64,000 bases of DNA from Hypanus sabinus (taxonomy: Eukaryota), in NCBI RefSeq assembly GCF_030144855.1, contig NC_082722.1, positions 39,556,001-39,620,000 of the forward strand, read 5' to 3'. Made by a program: the position numbers and the translations under genes. Shown here piece after piece: positions 1-11,800 of this stretch. Each line of letters opens with the position of its first letter. Position 1 is the stretch's first letter. Below the pieces are notes generated by a model. The model ran no database searches. It saw nothing but the letters and a program-made list of their open reading frames with translations, and was not told the origin of the DNA.

Positions 1-249
1 GGAAATAATTCCGGATGCGACATACCTTAGTCAGAAATTAATCTGATTAAGGCAAGACAAACAACTGGTAGAATAAAATGAGCTTTATTTGCTTTACATT
101 ATTCTGCAGTCAGTAACTTGATTTTAAGTTATGTTTAATTGGAACAACTCCACCATGGAAGTCCTCATCACTCCACAGATATTTCTCAGACACCTGCAAT
201 ACCAATAAACAAACTTCAAGACCTCTACTTCCTTACCGGAAGTTGGAGA

Positions 250-638
250 ATTCAATGTTCATGCCAGGGGGCTGGAGACTACCCAGACGGTATATGAGGT
301 GTTGCTCCTCCAACCTGAGTTTGCCTCCTCCTCCAGCTGCATATCACCTCCCTCATGGTTCCGCCACCTTCTGCTACCCATAGTGCTTTCCCCCTTACAT
401 TCCTTCTTCACCTTTCCTGCCTATCCCCTCCCCCACCCCTTGATCTTTCCCCTTACTGGTTTTTCACCTGGCACCTACCAGCCTTCTCCTTCCCACCCTC
501 CCCCCACCTTCTTTATAGGGCCCCTGCCCACTCCCTCTTCAGTCCTGACGAAGGGTCTCGGCCTTAAACGTTGACTGTTCGTTTCCACAGATGCTGCCCA
601 ACCTGCTGAGTTCCTCCAGCATGTTGTGTGTGTTGCTT
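250..638 (+). mobile_element. Penelope-like element terminal fragment with a degenerate hammerhead ribozyme core
   Basis: C/T-rich tract followed by CAGTC-CTGACGA-AGGGTCTCGGCCT-TAAA-CGTT-GACTG ... GATGCTGCC..CCTGCTGAGTTCCTCCAGCA. The same terminal motif recurs more than 10 times in the window. Confidence 0.65.
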
Positions 639-734
639 TAACCCTTCTTTGTGATGTTTCTACCCAACCTCATGCTAACGCACACCGCAGCAACTTCTAG
701 ATGAGCCCACTGGCACTGTGTAGCTTCATTTGAA

Positions 735-1790
735 ACATAGAAAACCTACAGCACAATACAAGCCTTTTGGCCTACAATGCTGTGCCGAAGAAGTCCTTAC
801 TTTAGAAATTACCCAAAGTTACCAATAGCCCTCTATTTGTACCTATCCAGGAGCCTCTAAAAAGACCCTATCGTATCTGCCTCCACCACAGTCGCCAGCA
901 GCCCATTCCACACACTCACCACTCTCTGCGTAAAAAACTTAGCCAACATCTCCTCTGTACCTACTTCCAAGCACCTTAAAACTGTGCCCTCTTAGCCATT
1001 TCAGTCCTGGGAAAAAGCTTCAGACTAACCACACAATCAATGCCTCCCATCATTTTATACGCCTCTGTCAAGTGACCTCTCATCCTCCGTCACTCCAAGG
1101 AGAGAAGGCCAAGTTCATTCAACCTATTCTCATAAGGCATGCTCCCCAATCCAGGCAACATCCTTGTAAATCTCCTCTGCACCCTTTCTATAGTTTCTAT
1201 ACAGCTGTAACATTACCTTTTGGCTCTTGAACTCAGTCCCATGGTTGATGAAGGCTAATGCACCATACACCTTCTTAACCACAGAATCAAACTGCGCAGC
1301 TGCTTTGAGCGTCCTATGGACTCGGATCCCAAGATCCCTCTGATCCTCACATTGCCAAGAGTCTTACAACTAATATTATATTCTGCCATCATATTTGACC
1401 TACCAAAATGAACCACATCACACTTCTGAGTTGAACTCCATCTGCCACTGCTCAGCCCAGTTTTGCATCCTTCTGATGTCCCCTCTGACAGCCCTCCACA
1501 CTATCCAGAACACCCCCAACCTTTGTTAGCAAATTTACTAACCCATCCCTCCACTTCCTCATCCAAGTAATTTATAAAAATCATGACCACTGGTCACCAG
1601 CTTCTATTCACAATATGACCTGTCTACAACCACTGTTTGCCCTTCTGTAGGCAAGCCAATTCTAGATCCACAAAGCAAGTTCCCCTTGAATCCCATGCCT
1701 CCTTATTTTCTCAATAAGCCATGTATGGGGTACCTTATCAAATGCCATGCTGAAATGCATATACACTACATCTACTGCTCTACCTTCAAT
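735..1790 (-). mobile_element. CR1-family LINE 3' fragment (degenerate RT and 3' tail)
   Basis: Reverse complement of the CR1 copies at 6610-6980/10926-11115 and 40930-41965; ends in a (TTCTATGT)-type tail. Confidence 0.8.
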
Positions 1791-2188
1791 GTAACTGCCA
1801 TTATATCTTAACGTTTTGTATTCCTTTTTCATTTTACCCATAACTTAAAATGGCTTTCGGTCTCAACATCTAATCCAAATCTAAGAGCTATCATATTGAA
1901 TGAAACACAGACCCCAAGCCCTGCACTCTTCGTTAACACTTTTTGCCATTCCTTCCGGTACCGTGTCCGGGCGTTCCTCGGTATTATCTCATTTACCGTT
2001 CAGAGCTGCAGAAAACTTATAATTTTCCTGAAAAACACATTTACTTGCTGTCTGTTGATCCCTGCTTACGCGCAAGGATGGAGGAAGCTGGTGAACAAAT
2101 TGAACTTTGAAATGAATGAGGTCGAAAAACAAACTTTATAGAATAGGAAACCCTGGTTAAATTACAGGGATACAAATTCTAAACTTAC

Positions 2189-2329
2189 TTTCTCAAGTAA
2201 TTCCCCGGCTGGCGAGGAAACGTCTCCATCCACCTCCTCCTCCTCCTCTTCCAGCCCTCCGGTGTTATTCGATTGCCCTATTGGGGAAAAATGCGGGCGG
2301 GCAAATTTGTTGGTTTTCCTTTTGCCCAT
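2189..2329 (-). CDS. HEATR3: HEAT repeat-containing protein 3, coding exon 1 (rest of the gene lies left of the window)
   Basis: Translates as MGKRKTNKFARPHFSPIGQSNNTGGLEEEEEEVDGDVSSPAGELLEK, then a GTAAGT donor (phase 0). Resembles the recalled HEATR3 N-terminus MGKSRTKRFKRPQFSP...PAAELLEK. CpG-rich context, and downstream of CNEP1R1 on the same strand as in other vertebrates. Confidence 0.9.
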
Positions 2330-2700
2330 TGTCTCGGTCCCTGCCGACGCTGGCACTTGGAAAAACGACGCACTACTCGGCCGCACCGCTATACAATGTG
2401 GACAGCCCGATCAGAGACCATGTCGGTGCCGGCAGCCGCCAGGACATGCGATCAGAAACGCGTCACTACCGGGGAGGAGAAATGGTCAAAGGAACAGTTC
2501 ACTTCATAAAGCTAGCATGGTTTTCCTGTCGATAAAGTTCGCAAGAAAGCGACCTTACCCAGCCATTTTATGGATAAGCTCTGACAGGTTAGAACAGTAT
2601 CTGTTACGGACGAAAATCACTTTTAAAACCAAGAATTAATGCGATCCGGATGTGATATTAAAGCGAGGCTTCTCCCTCCCATGCCGGATCCCCTTATGGA
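2200..2700 (-). promoter_or_regulatory. HEATR3 CpG-rich promoter and 5'UTR region
   Basis: Local CpG/GC enrichment around the HEATR3 ATG within an AT-rich background. Confidence 0.6.
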
Positions 2701-2974
2701 AATCAGATACAAAGTATTTTTATCACCTTTCCGTAGGTTAAATAACGGTGTTTCAGGTCTAAATCAATGGAGTTAGGTATGATAAATTTAAGTTAGGAAT
2801 ATGATCACATTACCAAATTATGAATAAACAAACGGATAGAACGGTTTTATTATTTCCTCTTCAAAATTCCGTCAGGTGGAATGGGCTAAATTGAAATAAA
2901 GACGAAACACTGAATGATAGCGATAGAAGTGACGGATCTCAGCATTTGACATTTAGTATCATGGCACTTTGACA

Positions 2975-3362
2975 ATCCTCATCTTGGCTGCATCACCATC
3001 TGGCATGAGGGCGGGGAGGAGGCACTGCTCAGCATCGAAATCAGCCGCAGAAAGTTGTGAACACCATCATGGGCAGTAGCCTCCTCAGTATCTGGGACAT
3101 CTTCAAGGACCGATGCCTCAAAAAAGCGGCATCCATCATTCCAGACCCCCATCTCATAGCTTGTTCGAATTGCTACCAGCAGGGAGGAGGCACAGCTGCT
3201 GAAGGCAAACACTCAATGATTCAGGAATAGCTTCTGCCCCTCTGCCATCAGATTTCTGAATGAACATTGAACCCATGAATACTACCTCTTTTTTCCCCCC
3301 ACTACTTATTTAATTTAACAAATTTCATGATATATGCCAGTGATATTAAGCCTGATTCTGAA
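2975..3362 (+). mobile_element. LINE 3' fragment (Rex1/L2-like)
   Basis: Related sequence at about 18050-18660 (-) and 24620-25230 (-); ends in an AAGCCTGATTCTGA tail. Confidence 0.55.
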
Positions 3363-5854
3363 GACAGTCATAATGTGACAAAGGGAAATGGTGGTTTTCA
3401 AAAGGTAAAGATTCCAGTAGGGTAAATGGGGGAATCAATTGCAGAGGTATATCTAGATTTTCTAAAGGCACTTGATAAATGACAGCACAAAAGATTACAA
3501 GGGTTTTAGTGACTGGGAGTACCACATCATCTTCGTTAATAGAGTCGTGAAAAAGGTAAAAAAAAAATCAAAGGAGCTTGAGGTTGGCAGTTGTGCCATA
3601 CATCTTTTTATTTGCATCAGCCAAATATAGGAATAGCAGGGTGGCATTGCAGGTAGTGAAGCTATCACAGGTCCAGGGTAGATTCTGATTTCAGGTGCCC
3701 TATACTTGCAGTTTGCATTATTAAAGATTAGGATCAGCAGTCTTCAGAGCATAGCTTTCACTTACAGAAATTAATTTCAAAACTATAGGAAATATTGCAC
3801 TACATGAAATGCTGTAGAAAATACAAGCAAAACTCCCACCTTTGTTAGTTGTCTCACTTTAGAAAATTGCTGTTTCACAAGTCCTTCCTACCTCAGTTGG
3901 TTTGGTAACAGTGAAATGCCGCTAGTTAACCCTTAGTATGGAATGATACTTGAATGATTACATGTAGGTCTGAGATCAATGGTAGCATCACCCTCAACAA
4001 CTGTTCTAACTCATCCTTCCAGCCTACATGAACATACAAGTTAGTCTTTTCTGGGAGGAAAAAAAAAGACTAAATTAAAATTTTAAATGTATGAACAGGT
4101 CTCCAGTGGCCAGCATAAATCACAAATGTTAGTAAAAGCATAGTATAACTTTGCTACTTCAGACATGAAATAGACAATACTGGCAACCATTTTTATAATT
4201 TGGGATTTGAAGGGAAATTATTACATACCAAGCTCATTGTTCTGATGTAAAGATTTTTTGGTTAGAGTCTACAGATGGCAAAATTCCTTCCTGCTCACCT
4301 TCAGGAACTTGAAATTAATTGCAATAACCAAAATCAGACTATGCTGACATCAGCAGGATAATTAATAATTGAGTGTAGTTAATTCACCATTCTTTGCATC
4401 TTTGACACACCAATCATTGTACTTATATACTTCAAACCTTTTTCTGGTATGAGAGTTAATGATAGTTATTAGGAGTATATACTGCATATCTGTGTATACA
4501 AATTTCATTTGCCACCCTTGCTCACCATTGTCTTTTAAAATTGAGATAGCAAATAATCTCCAGAGTTCCTTTTGCAAATGTCTAGTTACAACTCGATTTT
4601 TATTTGCATGTAGTCTTCAGTCACATCATGTGTGCTACCCAAATCTTTAAAATAGTAATTTTGTTCATTATGCTCAAACTTCAGAGTATATTTATAAAGG
4701 GTACATCTACTTTTTTTTTAAGAAATGTGTCCAGTAAAATATCTCACATCAGGTGCCTTTGATGAAATCCCAAGTAAGAGGTCAACATTTTAAAGTAATT
4801 GGCATGCCATTCTTCATGCCCAATGGGAGACAAGTCTGTCTTTCCTACAAAAGTATTAGGCAAGCTGCTTGCCATTTTACATCTTAAGATATTCAAATCC
4901 CATCTTTGGTATCTGACATATCAAATGCACGATCAACTCACTACTCACAACATGTTTCCAAAAAATTCCATACAAATTGTTTATTGCTATGTACAGAGGC
5001 CTACAAAATTTGTGGGCCAAAACGATCTTACAAAGTCGTGATGCTTTTAAAATTTAAAAATTTATATCTTCAAGTTTTTTTAAATGCAACATGGTAACTG
5101 TAGAACACACATTTTAGAATAGCAAAACAAGAGAAAATGAACAAATGCAAGAATGAAAAAGTTCATTTCTACCTGTTATATAATTTTTCATAATTAAGTA
5201 AAATTTGAATCTTCATATGCAATAGTTTGCCAAACAAATCAGTCTCTTCCTATGACTACTACATAATTTAACAGATCAAAAAGCCACCCAAAGTACTGGT
5301 AGTCCATTTATAATTTGTCTCCAGTCTGAATGGAATAATAAGTCTGATGTTTCATAGTACATCATAATAATGAAACATAAGAAGCAATAGTCACATAACT
5401 TATATGAAAGAAATATAGGCAGAGCAAACAGACTGGAAGCATAACAGCATGCTACAATAACTTAGCAATAGTTCCTGATACAGTTCAGCGCAATTCTCTG
5501 TGAGAACAGTTCGTAGCTTTTAAATCCTTGACGTTATTATGAATCAGTGATAAAATGAGCAATACAACTCATAAATGATACAAAAATCTATAACTTCTTA
5601 ATAAATTAAAGTGACTAAGCAATATTTAAATACTTCCCAAATATCATTTTCTATGAGTTACCTAAAACTATCTGCCAGCTGCAATGCTACATTCATAAAA
5701 TCCACCTTTGATGCTGAGCATTTTCTATCTAGGGAACTTTATGAGCCGAAATATTGATGCTGACCCCAGAAGAAGCACTGCTTTCATGAATTTGTGCATT
5801 TCAGGGTACCTTCACTTTTTCACAAAGATTGTATTTTCACTAGTCAGTAGGGTG

Positions 5855-5896
5855 TCATTGAACATGAGGTCTAGGCTTCAATATTAGTTTCCCAGT
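5855..5896 (-). CDS. CNEP1R1: CNEP1R1 exon 6 ([13 protein letters not shown])
   Basis: Acceptor CCTTTCTAG; TGA stop at 5855-5857. Confidence 0.95.
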   Translation of the reverse strand, partial: TGKLILKPRPHVQ

Positions 5897-8800
5897 CTAG
5901 AAAGGAGAAAAAGAAAGATAAAAAATGATTAAAGTGAAATACAATAAATTGCATTCCCATGTATAGTATATACTGTGAAAATGTCTAACATCTGCTGCAG
6001 AATGAAAACTTAAAACAGGATATGGACTCAATACCTAGTTAATACAGGTCTATGTCATTATACAGTAAAAAAGCAAGTCTGAAATCAACTGATGCTGCAC
6101 TCACATGAAAATATCAGAAGCATATCTGTCACATTGACTCAAAGGTTGCTAAAGTGTCCACAATAAATGTAATAAAACTTGTGGATTCATTTATTTTTTT
6201 AAACTTATTTGAATGGAACCCAGCAACTCTCAATATCTCAGGCTCCTCTTGCTAGACGTGACTAAATATTCAGTTGTTGCTTGCTAAGTTTCTGGGTACT
6301 GATTTCACAGGATTTGAAATAAATCTACGTAAAAACCACAACACAGACAACATCGAAGGGATAAAACTGTGTCCATTCCTCAATCTAAGGAACAGATTTA
6401 TTATCCTGCAATAAAGTGACAGAGACGGTAAACCTCATAGATCATATAAAAAGCAATACAAGAGTAAAATTTCTTGCTGAGATTATACATGCCTTTGGTA
6501 AGACTTCATTTGGAGTACTATGGGAAGTCAGCAGGTGTTGATTCACTAGTTTAATTCCTGTGACTTAATCTTAAAATACTGTCAAGTTGGAAATAATGAC
6601 AGGTAATCTCAACAAGAGCCAAGAGGTAAGGATATAACTATATTGGACCCTGGTCAGATCCCACTTGGAGTACTGTGCTCAGTTCCGATCACTTCACTAT
6701 AGGAAGGATGTGGAAACTATAGAAAGGGTGCAGAGGAGATTTACAAGGACGTTGCCTGGATTGGGGAGCATGCCTTACAAGAATAGATTGAGTGAACCTG
6801 TCCTTTTCTGCTTGGAGTGACGGAGGATGAGAGGTGACCTGATAGAGGTGTATAAGATGATGAGAGGCATTGATCGGATGGATAGTCAGAGGCTTTTTCC
6901 CAAGGCTGAAATGGCTGACACAAGTGGGCACAGTTTTAAGGTGCTTGGAAGTAGGCACAGATATATCAAGGGTAAGCTTTTGTAAAGAGGGTTTCTTCTT
7001 TTTGTTAACTAGCAGGAATGCTAATTTACTGATAACGAGAATGGTATTCCTTTGTAAACCAAATGGGGATTAATGTTCTTTCTTCTGAGTCTGTAAGCTT
7101 TTGCTGATGGGCTTTTGGGCAGATCGGCGCGAGGGGGTCGAGAGAGAGGACGCAATGCTCTAAGCTGGGCGAGGATCAGACCCCAAAGGGGGGTCCGAGG
7201 CCGGGAGATTCTCTGAGGACGGGGGGGGGGGGGGGGGGGGGGATGAAGCTAGATGTGCTTGGTTGACCACTCGGAGGGTCCTGAGCTGTTTGGAGAGTCG
7301 AGGAGTTCGGAGGGGAGCGAATGGTGGCCAGAAGACTTCAGTAATTGAGCTCCAACGGCTGTGCACGAAGTGGTTTGGACTTTGATAAGTTTGGCGCCTT
7401 TTCTTTAATTTTCTCTTCATATATACTGTATCGTTATTAATCACAGTTATAGTAACCTTTATAAATTGTACTCATTTAATCGCATATGGTGTACTGTCTG
7501 TTTGTGGGCGAGGCGGGGACATCACACAGCATCCACACCAGCTGATTACCCAGTTTGGCGGGGCCGAAGGCTGCTCCCCTAGACGAAACGAGCTGAGCCA
7601 GCCTGAGGCGACCCAGGGGGTTACATTGTGGGGTGTTCGTCCGGGGTTGATTTCTGTGGAGGCTGTGTGATCACCCTATTTAAATTGTGTCTGTGGCGAA
7701 GAGCTGGTGTGCCTTTATGGGTGTGCGATTGCTGGTTATCGCTGCGTGTGTGTTGGGTGGGGTGGCTGCTGTTGCTAGCCTGGAGGTCGTTCGAGTTCCG
7801 ACTAGTGTTGACAAAATGGTGGTGGGACCATGGGTTGTCCGTACTGTTTGGAGATTGAGGAGTGACAGGTTGGGATGTTTCAGCAGAGGTGAGCTCCGCC
7901 CAGTTATTGGAATAATGTCCAGCCCTAAAGGGGCGGAAGCGTGGGCAGAGCGGACCCCTCAGTTATTGGGTGAGTGGCATTACTTGGCTGAGGAAAAGCG
8001 ACAGGGACGGGTTGAAAGTTTGAGTAGGCGGGCTGGTGACTTTGTTAGAACTGTCAGGCGCAATTACCTTGAAGTGACCGCTGCCAGTTCTGGGAAAGTG
8101 TGGGAAAATGCGTGTGGTTCGACTAGAAGTCAAATGCCGCAGCTGGGGGGCTTATTATATCTGTGGCAGGAGATTGGTGGGAAGTTTTTAGGGTATCCCT
8201 TTTTGCCTAGGGGGGCAGATAAATTGCTTGTGGTGCCAAGGGGATCAGTTGTTCCGTTGATTCGAGAGGTGTCGGGAAACTTAGAGGAGGCCCAGTGGGG
8301 GAACGGCTTGGGGTCTCTGGGGGAGCACATTCCCAGCAATGTACCAAGGAACTCCCGAAAGGAACAGAACCTATTCCTGAAGGCTTAGAGGGGCCATGCG
8401 TACAGGTGTTGTTACGGATGGATGGAAGTCAAGTTAAAGCCATCCTCGGCACCGGGGCACCGGTTAAGTTGCTGTACAGTTTGTTTCATAACCGTTATTG
8501 GAAGCATTTACCCTTGACGACATTGAGAACACTGGAGATTCGGGGTACCAGTGCCGGTGATTATCCAGACGACGGTTGTTGGTCAGTAAAAATGGAGTTC
8601 TTGGAGGCAAATGTGGAGGAGACTGAGGTTCAGGAATCGTTAATGCTGATGTGTCCGGACCCTGTTGAGACGGGCAGCGTTTCTGTTCTAGAGAGAACCA
8701 ATATCCTGCTGGTGCGCTTGGGGGCCTGCCCGGAGGAGGCAGGTGAGCGTTGTTTGGAGGCATTGTCGATGCACCCTGAGTTTCGAGCTGCTTGTGTGGA

Positions 8801-11800
8801 CGTGTGTAGCAGCATTGGGCCGGTACCGAATTCAAACAAGGGCCAGTGGCGGTACGGCCTGGGGGAAGTATCTGAGTGTGAGACCCTCTTAGTGGACGCT
8901 GCGAAATACCACGAGAGAGGGGAGTTGACTGCTGAAGACACCTCGGAGAGAGAGAGGTTGCGGCGACTGGCCCCTGAAGCCGTGGAAGACGTAGGCAGCG
9001 TGTGTGTGGATTGTATTGCATTGAAGAGGCGCACTGTCAGTGACCAGAATATGGCCCTGAGGGCCGGAGAGGCGATGGCCTGTCTGAATGGTGCGATGTG
9101 GTTTAAGGTGCTCGATCTGAGGAGTGGATGTTGCCAGATCCCGATGAGTGGGGCCGACAAGGACAAGACGGCCGTTATAAATTCCCTAGGAGTCTTCGGG
9201 TCCGAAAAGATGCCACAGGGCATATCTGGAACCCTTGCAACCTTCCTGCGGGGCAGGTGGAAGACCATAGGGGATATGGAGGCGTTTGGAGTTTTGGTGT
9301 ATGTGGATGATCTCTTGGTATTTGGATTTGCCTCAGGAGAATATGAAGTGAGGTCGTTGCAGGAGCAGCTGAGAACTACCGAGTTAAAGTGTTTTCGGGA
9401 CACGTGCCAGGGCTGGCGAAGGTCGCAGCTCGTGAGTGACTGTCTCTACGGAACCAAGTTTGAAATGAAGACGGAGAGACTGGAGAAAGTGATCTGGAAC
9501 CATTCTGAAGACTTACAAGTTGGAGAGAATGAAGAAAGTTGTCTGACTGAGGGTAATAGCAAACTGAGAACCCGGAGGGGGGAGTTTGCGGAGGTGAAGA
9601 AATTACAGACAAATCTCAGAAGAGAGAAGCGGAGGCTTGAAGGGAACCTGAAGGTGACCACCGACAGTTCAAATGAAGTGCAAAACCTGAAAGTTGATCT
9701 GGAAGAAGTCATGAGGAAGAAAAAGCTGGAGAGAAGTGCAGTGAATACTGAACAGGAGGCTGAAGAGACTGCGGGAGCAGTGCAGGCCACATGTTTCCGT
9801 TTGGAGAAGATCAAACAGCAGCTACCGATCACAGGAATGAGGAAGAATACAGATTCGATGGATGATGTGCTGGATGTGTGGTACATGCTGCCTTTTGCTG
9901 ACTTTCCCTCGATTGAGGAAGAGACCTTTGGCCCTTCTCCCATTGAGTCAGGTGTAGCGGGGAGGGTTAGCTGTGTGCAGTGTGGGGCATGAGTGAGAGG
10001 TTGAGAGAGGAGTTGGTAGTGGGTCCAAGGTATCCCCAGTTGTGTCCGAGCCTGAAGGGTTTAGGTGAGGGGGTACGGAGGTCTCAGAAGGGTTAGGGAA
10101 CTCCCAGATAGTTGGCCTAAGTAGCGCCTGAAAAACAGGGCGTGAGGGTTACTGTGTGGGGAGGAGATGTCACTGTTTGTGCTTGGGTTACGGTGTGTTG
10201 GCAGGAAAGGTGGCGAGTTATTTAGTAGTCATGAGGACATGACTTTTATTTGGTGGAGGGAGAGTGTAAAGAGGGTTTCTTCTTTTTGTTAACTAGCAGG
10301 AATGCTAATTTACTGATAACGAGAATGGTATTCCTTTGTAAACCAAATGGGGATTAATGTTCTTTCTTCTGAGTCTGTAAGCTTTTGTTGACGGGCTTTT
10401 GGGCAGATCGGAGCGAGGGGGTCGAGAGAGAGGACGCAATGCTCTAAGCTGGGCGAGGATCGGACCCCAAAGGGGGGTCCGAGGCTGGGAGATTCCCCGA
10501 GGACGGGGGATGAAGCTAGATGTGCTTGGTTGACCACTCGGAGGGTCCTGAGCTGTTTGGAGAGTCGAGGAGTTCGGAGGGTCCTGAGCTGCGAGTCGAG
10601 GAGTTCGGAGGGGAGCAAATGGTGGCCAGAAGACTTCAGTAATTGAGCTCCAACGGCTGTGCACGAAGTGGTTTGGACTTTGATAAGTTTGGCGCCTTTT
10701 CTTTAATTTTCTCTTCATATATACTGTATCGTTATTAATCACTTAGTTATAGTAACCTTTATAAATTGTACTCATTTAATCGCATATGGTGTACTGTCTG
10801 TTTGTGGGCGAGGCGGGGACATCACACAGCATCCACACCAGCTGATTACTCAGTTTGGCGGGGCCGAAGGCTGCTCCCCTAGACGAAACGAGCTGAGCCA
10901 GCCTGAGGCGACCCAGGGGATTACACTTTTTTTTAAAATGCAGAGTGTGGTGAGTGCCAGCAAGGTGGTAGAGATGGATACAACAGGGACTTCTAAGAGA
11001 CTCTTGAATGGGTACATGGGTAACCCTAGGCAATTTCTAAACTTAATTTATAAGTTAGCATAGCATTGTGGGCCAAGGGGCCTGTACTGTGCTGTAGATT
11101 TTCTATGTTTCTATTCTGAGAGAATCTGACAATGGATGGCAGGAGACTCATTTCCTTTATCTGAAAAATCTACAAATAAGGGATTGGTCTTAGGGTAATT
11201 GATCAGCCATTCACAGGAAAGATGAAGCAATAGTTTTAAACAGGGAATGAGAATTCTGCAGAACTTTCCACCCCAGATGGCTTTTGTTTCTCATTCATGG
11301 AGTCTATGCAAGGTCAGAAAGATATTTTTATGGATATTAGGGGAAATCAGAGGATATGGTGGAATCATTTACAAAAGGGGATGATGCAAAAGCATAAATC
11401 ATGATCTGATATAGTGTTGAAAAGCTGCAATACTTCTAACCCCAATTTTCAGTCATTCACCTGTTGCTTAAGTGATTTTCTAATCAGTGTCTAATTCATT
11501 ATAAGCAACAGTTTAGGCACATTTCCACAGAACTCGGAAGGCTGGTACCACAGCTATGCATACCAGATTGAGCATTTGTGTATTTTTTCTCTTAAAGACA
11601 GAAGCGACTGATGGACATCTGTGAAAATGGAACCCATTTATTACCCGTGGATAGCTGTACTTCATTTAGAACACCAACATTTAAAATCCAAGAATTAGTT
11701 ATGTACATTTTCTTGGTTTTCTGAAAACAGATACTCACATCATCGCAAGACATATTGTATTCTGCCAAAACAGTTCGACATCTTGCAGCAATGCTGAAAG

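Larger units (their letters stand above)
6981..10925 (+). mobile_element. Non-autonomous Ty3/Gypsy LTR retrotransposon with two LTRs, in CNEP1R1 intron 5 (antisense to the gene), nested in a CR1 LINE
   Basis: Direct repeats 6981-7625 and 10265-10925 with TG...CA ends; 4-bp TSD CTTT (6977-6980 and 10926-10929); PBS after the 5' LTR; PPT before the 3' LTR; gag, protease and RT remnants but no recognisable integrase. Confidence 0.95.

Noticed and set aside
120-204. Possible minus-strand exon after TTGCAG, considered as HEATR3 exon 2
   Set aside because: The translation (VSEKYLWSDEDF...) does not resemble the expected LQHPSAEVRECAC; exon 2 probably lies outside the window.
7160-7444. Paired ORFs [12 protein letters not shown]... 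(also 10305-10742)
   Set aside because: They are duplicated only because they lie in the two LTRs; antisense and frame-variable.
8464-9943. Long antisense ORFs (185, 257 and 165 aa) inside the LTR element
   Set aside because: Mirror frames of the open sense ORF; no motifs.
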